Origin: Hormiphora californensis
Lineage: Eukaryota; Animalia; Ctenophora
Direction: 5' to 3'
DNA length: 64,000 bases
Assembly (NCBI GenBank): GCA_020137815.1
Contig: CM035360.1
Location: 5,146,001 to 5,210,000 of the forward strand
How positions within the stretch are numbered: position 1 is the first letter of the stretch; each line of letters begins with the position of its first letter. Shown here piece after piece: positions 22,038-34,000 of the stretch. A program made the position numbers and the translations under genes. The notes under the pieces were generated by a model that had not been told where the DNA came from, did not search any database, and saw nothing but the letters and a program-made list of their open reading frames with translations.

Positions 22038-24332
22038 TTGTAAACAAACTAGTTACATATCCCACAATCTGGACGATGGATCTAATTGACACCCCAGACG
22101 GCTTCCTCATCAACAAAAAGCGACCTGACTCAGCCACCCTCCAACGACCACAGATCTTTGTACGGCCTCAACCCGCCAGGAGGAGGAACCATGCCAGTGG
22201 GTGTCCCTGTTACCCTGGTAACGGGGGACTCCGCTCCGGGCACTGGATCTGTGCTGCTCTCATGTTTGCACTTGTGGTCCTGATCGCCATCTTGGCGTTT
22301 GTTGTCTATCAGTACTTGGAGAGCGAGACAGAGAAAATGGTATGTTCTGAATTGTTCTGAGTGGAGAAGTTTTTTTGGAATTCATTTTCCCCCGACATCT
22401 TGTAATTTACTAGCTGAAGCACTTATTTTCAGTTTAAAAACAGAGCTATCAGCCAAATGCAAGCGGAAATCCACAACAGAAAGGGAACCTCAGCTGCATC
22501 GGCAGGTTTAGGAGCAGGGATGTAAATTATTTCAGACTTAAAACTCTTTTCAGACTTAAAACCCATTTCAGACTCAAAACTCTAACTTTATTTGACCGAT
22601 TAAAAAAGTATTCTCAGAAGCCCAATGTCGTTTATTTACGAGTCCAAGGTTGTAAGTTTCGTAAGTCTACATAATAAAACTATAAAATATTATCTTTGCT
22701 TTAGCTGCTTTGTATGAAAGGACGGAGAGTTTTGGCGGCATGAAAAGCCGGCCAACACCTGTTAACTGAACGAACATGAGTTACGACCTGTTAATGTACA
22801 TAAACTGTGGGTGTACGGGGAAGATTCACAACTTTGACTGTACAATACAGGTAACGTGTGACCAAGTTCTCAAACCCTCATTCTGTGTAACACAGTCTTA
22901 CAGATTTTTCACTGCAAGCGGCCCAGTTACACGCTCAACCTACATTCTATCTGTCAGAGCATTGGCCTGACAGCATTCTATAGTTTGTCCATCATCATAA
23001 CCGTTTATTGTGCAGGTTTCAATTAACGATTCAATTGATTCTTCCAGCAACGTCTGCGGATAAACGTTGAGACACCACCAGGGTATTGCTGTATAAAACT
23101 GGGAAACTTTTCTATCCCTGACCTGGACGATGTGCGAGATAAAGCAATCAACTCATGGCGAATGTATGAGTTTGACATTGTGGTGAGTAAGGAGGGGACG
23201 ATGATTGACAGGGCCAGGGAAGATCAAGGTTTCTGAAAAATGTCTGTACCCGGCACCCGCCACCTGGTAGTAATTAGCCCAGCTATGAAAGATCTGATAT
23301 TTAATTCTGATAGAAGCCTACAGATAGATAGATAGCTATGAAAGATCTGATATTTAATTCTGATATATAGGTCTAACATATCCAAACCCAAAGGTGGAGC
23401 CTCCGCTGAAAAAGTTTGAGCGGAACGGGAGGAAGACGTACGTTGCTCTAATCAGCATGGATATGGATTATATGGAGCAACTTAACAACCTTATTACAGA
23501 GATGGAACAGTGGTTTGGACCCATACGAGACTACCAACCCTACTTGATAGACGTAATGTAGTTCACAGTTCTTCTTCTAAGGGCCGGGTTAGACGAACCG
23601 GAGCGTAGTTTACAGTTGTTAAACAGATCATGAACCACAATTCCTGGTTCTACTGGCACCCGGTTTACTCTCCTTTCTTTACAGGTATGCGAGAGAGACC
23701 CCGAAAAACCAAAGAAACACCCCGAGCTGTTACTATTTGAGGAGTTTTATTTGAAAATCTCGGAACTACGGCTGGTAGAATACCAGTCGGGACCCCCTGA
23801 CCTAGAGGTCGAGGAGGAGGAAGAGGAGGAGGAGAAATGCATCGTTGATGGCCTACAGACATACAAAACGGTTTGGCGGTTGAGGCTACTAAATGAACAA
23901 AACGACCCAGTTATCATACGATATAAACTTGAGGTAAAGCTTCAAAGCGGTCTGCGGTCATGTTGAGCTCACTCACAATTAGCATAAATTATACATCTTA
24001 GATTTCACAAAAGTAAAATGCATTAATATAGGACTACACAGACTGACATAATATATTGTACATAGTTCCATACAGTTCTTTTTTGTTGGGTAAGTTGTTA
24101 GTAACGTTCTTTACAGGCTGAGATGAAGCGCAGAAAGCGATCTCACAACCGGTGCCTACTTTACTCCACACTGTGTGTACTTCTAGTGTGTATGATTGGC
24201 GTGGTGACTTTTCTAGTCTGGTACAATCGTGACTACATCTTCGGGACGACAGACTCAGGTGCAACAAACTCAACGACAACGACAAAACAAACTGAGACTG
24301 AACACGTGCTGATTTTACCCAACAATGATTGA
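22034..24332 (+). CDS. Orphan gene B: membrane protein with N- and C-terminal TM helices around a Cys-containing domain; indels as assembled
   Basis: Exons 22034/22076-22339 (TM ICAALMFALVVLIAILAFVVYQYL), ~22433-22504, ~22705-22850, ~23048-23182, ~23371-23553, ~23685-23933 and ~24117-24332 (TM LLYSTLCVLLVCMIGVVTFLVWY), all with GT-AG boundaries. Frame problems at ~22745-22770 and ~23371. Confidence 0.6.
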
Positions 24333-25368
24333 TAAATATTAGTTTAGGAGTTTCTTAAGTATTTGTTTTATTGGTTAACCGTGCTTGAGTTGAGACTTGA
24401 GTACCAGTACCCATGTCAGTAGCTGTAGCCGCCAGCCGGCCATCGGAAGCTCGCTGCTCGGGCATCGCGTTCTTTTTCTTGTCCAATCTCTGAAACATTA
24501 CCACTATGCACTGATTTAGATGAAAGTTTAACAAGGAAGATACCGCTTTGCAGTTTACCTAACCAGCAACCTGCTAGAAATCGTAGCCCGTTGGACGTTT
24601 TTAAAATCGGATTTTTGAAATTGCAACTTCAAAAAATCTGACCTGGAAATAATAAAAAGCTAAAAAAAGTCAATCAACTACGTCCGCGCGGCGCGTTACA
24701 GAATTGCCGTTGATTATGCGAATTGAAGCCGCCGCAGACACCATCCCACCACATTGTCAGATTGGGGGACAATTAAAACACGGTATCTTAGTAGATGTCC
24801 AAAGAGTGGATGTCTATATACACTAGGATTAACACAAAATAACAAAACGCTTGTGGAACACAAATGGGTACGGTGACACGACACTGACTTCGGCCGACAC
24901 GTCGGCGAGCCGTAGTTTTCATTTGATGAAAAAATTCACTTTTGAAATGTTGCTTTCGATATTAATTATTATCGTACCAAAAATATTTCCAAAAAGATCA
25001 CACTTTTTCAAATTGTAATAATAGTCAAAAGTCGCTGAGAATTTATTGGTACCAATCCGAAAATAGAATATTTTGACCCTTTTTCTCTTAATTCATTATT
25101 TTTCTTACAGTTATAAAAAAAACGGCCGATTTGACACCGAACTATTTTAAACCGAGGTATTTTAACTTTACCCCCTCATCTCTCTCACATTAACAAATCA
25201 CCAGATCTCTCTCACTGGCTCATTCTATCTCATTCTCTCACATTCTATCTTCCCCCTGGGAAGATAACAAGTATAGTATAAAGGCGTTTCAAAAATAAAC
25301 CTCAGCATCACCAATATGTTGTGCACTCAGCACACTAACGATCGTGATGTGTGTGTGAGGGACACGTC

Positions 25369-28300
25369 TCACGTTGCCGAGAGCTGTGCGTAACCTATCA
25401 GCGATTCTTTGTCATAATCCCCATCAGCTAAACCTGGAGTGGGAGGAGAGGAGGGGTCAATATAATATGATGACGTGTAGAAGAGGAGGAGGATGGGTTA
25501 GCATAGTACGAGATACCCTTTTCTAGATTATACCCGATCCTTCTTCTAAGAACGGGGCCCGGGTGAAAAGCAAAGGTTGAAAACTACACAAAAATACTCC
25601 GGTAGATCTATCTCCGATTATAAAACCTACCTATATTTGAGAGCTTGAAAGTAGGTGACTTTTACTATGGGATAGTGGGAGATAAGGTACTGAATACTTT
25701 CTGCTGTCGCATCGGCCGTTTTTGAGTTGATATGTCCCGCTGTCACCAGCTCCGTGGCTAGTTGAACAGGTGTATCTGAACCGATCTGGGAGAGGGGAGT
25801 GCTGTTAGTGGAAAATAAAAGTCGGTTTAACTGGGCATTTTATACGGAAACCGGCTGATAAAAGACCAGCTGAACAAATAGCGGTATAAACTAAACCAAA
25901 ACTAATGAAACTCACAGTAAAGCTGAAGCAAATATCGTTGAGCCGCTTTTCCCGATTTCTCATTCGGATATTCATATTCAGTTCGACTGGTAGCCTCTTA
26001 TCAACATCTCGCAGGAGATCCCCAACACTCTTGTTTATATCTCGCAACCGCTGTATCGTCTCTGGTGTCAACTGGGTAGGGGAGAGGGGAGTCAAATCAA
26101 CTGTGGAGAAAAAACAGTTTTGTGTAGGAGAATATGTTTTGTAGTTGTTGTAATTGCCATGTGTTGTAGATGTGTGAATTGTCAAATAGGGCATCATTAT
26201 ATTAACCTATTTAAAACACCCCAATATACATACATTAAGTTCTAGAGATAACTGATCCAATATTTCCTTGACTTTGTTTACAAGGCTCTCAAGATTTGGC
26301 TTCTCCGACACTTTCTCCTCCAGTAATTTGTGATTTTGCCACGTCTCACGTAGGAGCACTTGGTACTGTTGAACTGAAAGGAGATTCAGAATTAGTGGGA
26401 GTAAATTGAAAGGAATGAACACCACATTTGTCAATTAGGCGGAATGGTTATTTTCCAATCATTAGTTATTTTAGGCCAAATGGAAACGTTAATTAACCAG
26501 CCAAAATAAAACACACACATACAGCTGTATTACACTTACAGGTTATGGTAAGTTGAGCAGGGTTGTTGTCTAAGGCAGGTATATTCCCACCCTCAGTCAC
26601 TGTCCCACCGCCCCCCGCTGCAGCAGCAGAAGACTTCTGGGCAGTTATAGTCTGCTCGCTGGGTGCCACCTGTGCAGTGGTGGCTGGCAGTGCCGATGTA
26701 TCACCTGGTAGGTAGAGAGAGAGATCAGAAAGATTTCCTAATTTAGATGTTATACCCGGTACACTCACATTCTCTGCAGGACGATGTACGGGAACGCGCG
26801 TGATGGTCCCTAGAGCCGCGCTGAATCTGCGTCCGTGACACAGGATTTGTGCGGCGCGCCCTACAGACATGTCACCCTGCCAATTCCTTCTAGTGAGCTC
26901 TCCGGTCGTCACTGTGCGAGATGTGTGGAGCTTGACGATGTACATTCATAGGGAGAGTGAGAGAAGGGAGAGTGAGAGAGAGAGAGAGAGAGATAGAGAG
27001 ATAGAGATAGAGTGAGAGAGGGGAGAGAAAGTGAGAGAAAAGGGAGACATAGATGAACTATGAACTGAATACTGCATACATTACACACACATCAAGGACA
27101 AATAGAGCAGCACATCTATTCTCAATTCAGAACCACAGTGTACTCAGTGTCATACATCGTGATTACTCCCCAACATATCTAATTCTTGCCTTCCTCGACC
27201 CTTTCTCAGCACAACTCTCTATTGTAAAAGATAGAACATAACACATTCTTACTTCGTGTTGGTTTATCCTCGTCGTAATCGTCATCCGACCATTCCCAGC
27301 CCGTTGAGGTTTGGTGCAATCGGCCACTAGAACCCGGCACCCGTTTTACCTTCTGGGCTCGTTTCGTAGTTGGGACACCCTGTAACACGAGGAGCGGAGG
27401 TGAGGTGAGATTTCAGATATAGGGGGTGAGGTTTCAATTTACGCTCCAGTTGCAGATTGGAAACTAGCACCAGGATTGGAAACTAGCACCAGGAGTTAGC
27501 TGGGAGAATCCTTATGAACCATGCTGCGCGCGACATCTTCGATGACTAGCAGGGATTTCGATGTGAATTGCATTGAAAGTAGCGCGCGCGCGACAGTGTC
27601 AGCAGTTCTCTGGCACCAAGAACCTGGCTCTAGTAGTAAAATCTCTAACTGGACCCTTAGGGGATGAGATTTCAATTGGGATGCGGGTTCGTGAGGAGAG
27701 GGAGTGTGTGCATGTACAGAATGGATTTGGAGGGTGCAGGTTATTAGTCGATTTTATAATTAGAGGTCTTCACTTGTGCTACAATCTACATTCAGCATCT
27801 CTCTCTCTCGATTCTCTCACTCCTTCTTTCTCTCTCTCTCGATTCTCTCACTCCTTCTTTCTCTCTCAATTCTCTCACTCTTTCTCTCTCCCCCAGTACC
27901 TCTAGCTCTCTCAGATGTCTCTTGAGATGTTAATCTCTACATTTCTCTCAATCTATCACATATCCACACTCACGCATACAATGATGCTACATCGAGAGAT
28001 AGAGAGGGTAAGATATGAAGTAAGAGAGAGAGACAGTAAGAGAGACAGAGAATGGAGATATAGAGGGTAAGAAATGAAGTAAGAGACATAACAGTAAGAG
28101 GTGAGAGACAGATAAAGGTCGTATTTGTTATATAGCGCGGTAGGTAACGAAGTTTGTAACACGCATTATGACATTATGCATGTTATGACTCATCAATAGA
28201 ATCATCAACAATAACGCGGATTAATATTGTCATGTTCCCTGTCTATATTCCTTACTATCTACAACAATCGACAATCAAGTGTTTTACATTCATTATCCGA

Positions 28301-30907
28301 TGACCGATCATATAAGGCTTCCCTAGAAAATATATATTCTTTTCTACTCATATATTATGCGAATAACGATCTGCAACAATCGACAAGTGTTTTACATTTA
28401 TTATCCGATGACCGATTTTATAAGGCCCCCTCTAGACTTCCCTAGAAAGTAGAATCTTTTCTACTCATATTATGCGAAAAACGATCTACGACAATTATTA
28501 TATTTCTGATCCAATCATATATCCCCCTCTGTTTGTCAGACACTGACTGTACATCGCACAACCTCGCTACGCGGTCTCACGTAGCCGAAGAGGACGGTCT
28601 TATATGAGACAACCCTCTGTAGACTTCCCTAGAATCATGACGTATGTAATCTGTACACGGAAATTACCTACAATACAAAGAGAGAGGAGGGGAATTACTA
28701 GATCTGTGGACGGCCCAAAGTTAATGACAGTACACACAGTCCTAGCTACAGGAACATGCGCTGCAGTACATGGCCCTACTACAGAATACTACAGAATGCC
28801 CTGCTGTGTGTCTGGGAAAGTTTACTGGATTATCTCGCGGCAGAGGTAGACACATGTCTGTGTGCAGTTGTCTGTCTGTATATTAGGACACACGGGACAC
28901 ATGAAGTAGATGTACTGGTCTGTGTCCCCCTCTCTCTCTCACGTGTAACTTTATTATGGGAGTGGTTTTAAAAGAAACAAAGATTATAGGAGAGGGTAAA
29001 AACCAGGCTGCAAGCCTCTAGCAATGCACTCCTCTAATCCTCTAAACATGTTGTACTGTTTCAGGTATTTACACCATAAAAAGGGATATAATATTGACCC
29101 TATTAAAACTAACTGAGGAAAGCAGTCTGCAGTATCAGTTCACTTTACATAAGGGTGTTAGTTCCTAATAGGAATCCTATAGATCTGGAACATATGTGGA
29201 ACTGTACCTGCGTCCATGTAGGGTGGTATGTGTAGTAAGTTGGGGAGTGCCGTTGCTGGTGGTAGGGGTTGGTATAGCTCGCCGCCGAGGTAGGTACGGG
29301 CGGGGGCGAGAAACTGATGGCAGCGGGGTCGAAATTATACGGACAGAATAACATAATATTAGTGGTCTATAGGAGTAGAATGAGTTAATTGAAAAGAAAG
29401 TTATGCAAAAACCAACAATAAAGGATGTAGGGTAAACAAGGCAGAGGTTGTCCCTTTCAGATTTTATCGAACGCTACACAACGGATGTCAGGTATAAGCA
29501 GGGGGAAACAATTTGGTGCATGGCTATAACAAGGTTATGTGTAAAAGAGAGTAATAATAAGGTTACAACAGGGATAACAAGTTTGTAACACATTAGGTTT
29601 GTTATTGTTTGAAGGTTGTGACAACAACGCGTAGCAAGCAAAAGCCTGTTTTCAAATGGCTAAATGAATATGAGATGGAGAGAGAAGGAGATAAAAAGAG
29701 GGAGAGAGAGGGAAAGAGGGAGAGAAAGAGAGAGGGAGAGAAAGGGAGAGTCAAAGAAAGAAAGAGACAACTGCATTTGCTGTAAGAAAAGCCACAAATG
29801 CAATGTATGCAGTGTGCAGTGTGTTGCATTGTGCACTGAACACTGTGCAGCTAATTTAGGCCTTGACTTCTCTTTAACTTTCCGTTGACCTCTCTCCATC
29901 TATCTGTCTCTCTCTCTCTCTAGTCTCTCCTTCACTTTCTCTAGTCTCCCTTTACCCATTTATCCACACCCTCTCAGTTGTCTCTCTCTATCTCCCCTTG
30001 AAAGCTGAAAGCATACTCCCTCTCTGAAAGCATTATACCCGCACACAAAACAATAGCGGGAGAATTAGCACACTTGACACACCCTACCCTACCAAGAACA
30101 GAAAGACACTCCGAGAAAGAGACACCCATCCCTACCAAGAACAGGGTGGATTTATCTGACACTCAGAGAGCAATGGATTATTAGAGAAAGAGGGGATAGA
30201 GAGTGGGAGCAATGAATTCAACACAGAGATAGACACAGATAGAGAGAGAGAATTATGCATCTTAGAGAGAGGGTGAATGAACATGGAGAATGAGTAAAGT
30301 TTGGCGATATATATTCTAGAGGTATATCTAGAGGTAGCAATTGTTGTTGTGGGCGTGGAAAAGACATAATATAGCGATATAATATGTTTTCATGTAGGAG
30401 AGACAAGACATAGCAGAGAAACATATAGCAGAGAAAGGCATTCATGACTCATGAGACCCCCGAGATTACACAGTCTATGAGACTGCAGGAATGTAAATCT
30501 TGCCGACTACGGAATCTCGCTACGTGGCCGGTATCACTAGGCTGGTATCACTAGGATATATATTTCTATGCTAAACGATGGGATAAGTCATAAGGAAGCG
30601 AGAGAACAATGATTATATAGATTGAGGTACCATTGATCGCGTGAGATGAATCGCGGATAGAGCAATAGCCTTCCCCATATCAAGCAGAGGCCAGGGAAGG
30701 ATGGATGGCATATCCAAAGCAGAGAGGCTAGAGGGATGGCATATCAAGCAGAGATGAGAGGCCAGAGAGGGATGGCAACGTTGTAAAACATATCCCGTGT
30801 CCGTAGCAAGCAAGTATGTCATGATCAAAACCGGTTTGAGTCTTAAAACGTGATATTGTGAGACGGAAAGAGGGAGGAAGAGGGAGGAAGAGAGAAGGAG
30901 GGAGAGA

Positions 30908-31000
<93 letters not shown>

Positions 31001-34000
31001 GACTGAGGATGGAGAGACGGGCACAGCACTCAGCGAGAGATAGATAGAAAAACTAATTACAGATATTCGTACGAAACGAGAGAGAGAAGAGATAGGAGAA
31101 CAGAGATAAAAAGAGGGAGAGAAAGAGAGAAATGGAGGGAAAAAAGAGGGATAATGAGAAAAGAAGGCCACATGTGCATTTTAGAGATAATATAAAAGTC
31201 ACGCTCGGACGTGATCACATTGCAGCCATGGTAAAAGACATCAAAGCATTAAAGGAAAACGGTTTGATCGGACCATTGCTAGTTGACGCCCCAAATTGGC
31301 TTCACTAAAACTATGAAATTGTAAAGAAAGAAGGCGAGGGGAGGCAACATAAATATTGGGTAAATAACTGCAAGCTTGGAGCCTGATAAATAATTCTTCT
31401 CGAGAACACTGAGTCGTGACTTTGTCAGCACTCGGGGCACTCCAGGCGTGATAACCCGAATAAGAAAGGTATGTTATAGAGGCACAAAATATCAGCCCCA
31501 GAAACAAAGAAAATATTCAAACCTCGAATAACAACTTTTTAAGAGCAGTAGTGACGTAACGGAGATAAGTATTATATATGCTACTGCATGAGTCACGTGA
31601 CATGAAATACTGTGACGTCTCCCCAGCAGTTGACGTGTGTCATGTGTGGACATCAGACATGTGAGATTTAGGCGTGAAAACATGCAGGGCAGGACGGGGA
31701 GAATAATCAGAGAAAGGGAGGAATAAAAAGGATGTAAAAAAGAGCAGAGGTGAAAAATAGAGAGGAAAAGAGAGGGCAAAAGAAAAAACATTTTACGGAA
31801 AAGGGCTGTATGGCTGCGGTTTAGTAAAAGCACAGCTGTGAACAAAGCCTGTAAATTCTCTCGCGTAATAATAAACGTCTTGTCTTTTAACTGGCCATTT
31901 TCTGCCTCTCCCCTTTCTTTAGTTTTCTTCCTTCTCTCTCTATCTCTCTCACATCTCTGTCTAGTGTCTATCTCTCTTATTGTCTGTCTATCTCTGCTCT
32001 GTGGACCAATGCAGCTGGAAAACAGCCAAGTGCAAGCTGGACTCCAAAACTCTCTCAACCACCCCACAACAGGAAACAATTCACTGTGTGGCCAGTAGAC
32101 GCGTGTGTGGTTGCAGCACCTCAATGTCAATTCATCAATTCAATGTACTGGAAAACACATCAATTCAATGGCGCATCTACCAAACCCTCACAAACCCACA
32201 TACAATGTACTGAAAAACAAAAAGTAGGAATTTAGGAAGAGAAACACAATTCATCGAATTGTGATATTAGTGAGAACTCATAACTCATGTGTTGTTCAAT
32301 ACCGGCAGAGAATAAAATCACACCACAACAAAGTCACGTTCGTTTGATTAACGACACGAGCGATAAAAACCGGAAAATTTATCTCAGTTTTATCTTACTT
32401 TTTTCTAAATCTTTCCTTCTCTACTTGTCACAACCTCTCTTGCTCTTTTCTTCTCTTCGTCTCTTTACTCTTTGTTCTCTCTATCTTCATCTCTCTGTTA
32501 CCATGCACATATAATATTGTCACGCGAGAAAGAAAGAAGGAGAGTGAGAAAGAATGAAAAATGAAAATGGTGATTCAAAAAAATCTCGATTCTCGTCCTA
32601 CCCGTCGAATAAGATGGTCAATAATCCATTGTCTATCCTTTGCTTTCTTGAAGAACGGATCTTTCCTAATTTCTGTCACTGCTGGCCGTTTTGAGGCATC
32701 TTTATTGAGGCATCTGAAATAATGTGGGGGGTTATAAATGTCGAACAAGTAAACAACCAATCAGAACTCGTTATTTAGGTCATGTGACTGGTTATCAGCC
32801 AATCAGGGACCAGTAATGTGGGGGGTTATAAATGTCGAACATGTCAAAGGGAAAACTTCTCTGAAGACTTTGTGTAACAACTTGACACGTCATTATTGTT
32901 CTGACATCTCTCAAGATAAGATCTCTACTGCCTACTGCACAACTCTGTCTGGGAGGTACACAGGTCGACCAACAGAAAGGCTTTAGTACATCAGCACGAG
33001 TACAACTGGTAGGATTTCTAAAATATAATGTGGCCTTCACTGGTATGATTTCCATATCTTATGGCTTCCATAGTTTGTATTTTTGTTAGAGCACTCCTCG
33101 CTGTTATGTACTCCAGGCTCCAACTAGATATGTGTACTGAGAGCAGCTGGGACTAATGACATGTCCTCATGATGTTATGTGCAGCATCCCAGGAGGACTA
33201 TAACAACAGTGTGTACCTCCCAATTTCCAACTTGATCTACCAGCTGCGTCACTACTACACATCTGGTTCCTCCCTGTCTCTCTTTCACTCTCGCTGTGTC
33301 TCTTTCTTTCTCTCGCTCTGTCTCACACTTTATCTCACGTTCTAACTCCCTCTCTCACCTACTTTTCAATTATCTTCTTGAACGGTTTCCCGTATTTGCT
33401 GCTCTCAGCATCCTCTAACGCATCATCCAGTGTGGGTGGATCCTTGCCCAGGGTCATCATCAGTATCTTCATGGGTGGGTAGGTGTGGTAGGGGGCGTGC
33501 CCCACTGCCAACTCAATGGCTGTTATTCCAAAACTCCAAATATCAGCTTTCTCGTTGTAACCCTGGACTTGTTCCATTACCTGAGGTTGGGAGGTTGTGA
33601 GGGAGGGAGGACTGGGGGAGAACTTAGGTGAATTGAAGGATGAGAGAGTGAATGAGAAGGAGGATGAAGGGGAGGGCACTGGACAGAAGGGAGAGACAGA
33701 TGCGATTAGCGATATTGTTGGAGAGTCAGAAGGTTGTTGGTTACCGAGAAAAGGGAATTTTAGGTCTCGATAACAATTTCGATAACTGCATAACTCTAGG
33801 GACCAAGAATGTTGATCTACCGAACCCTCACAGAATGGAATGCGGTGTGAGCCACACAACAAGAATATTGAGAGGTGAATGATCTAAGAATTTCCGGTAA
33901 AGTGGGATGGAAAGAATATATCGTGTTACCGCTAGCAATGCTCTCATTGATTCACTCACATTTCATCCTTTTTCTATCGCTTCAAAACACTCTTCCTCTG

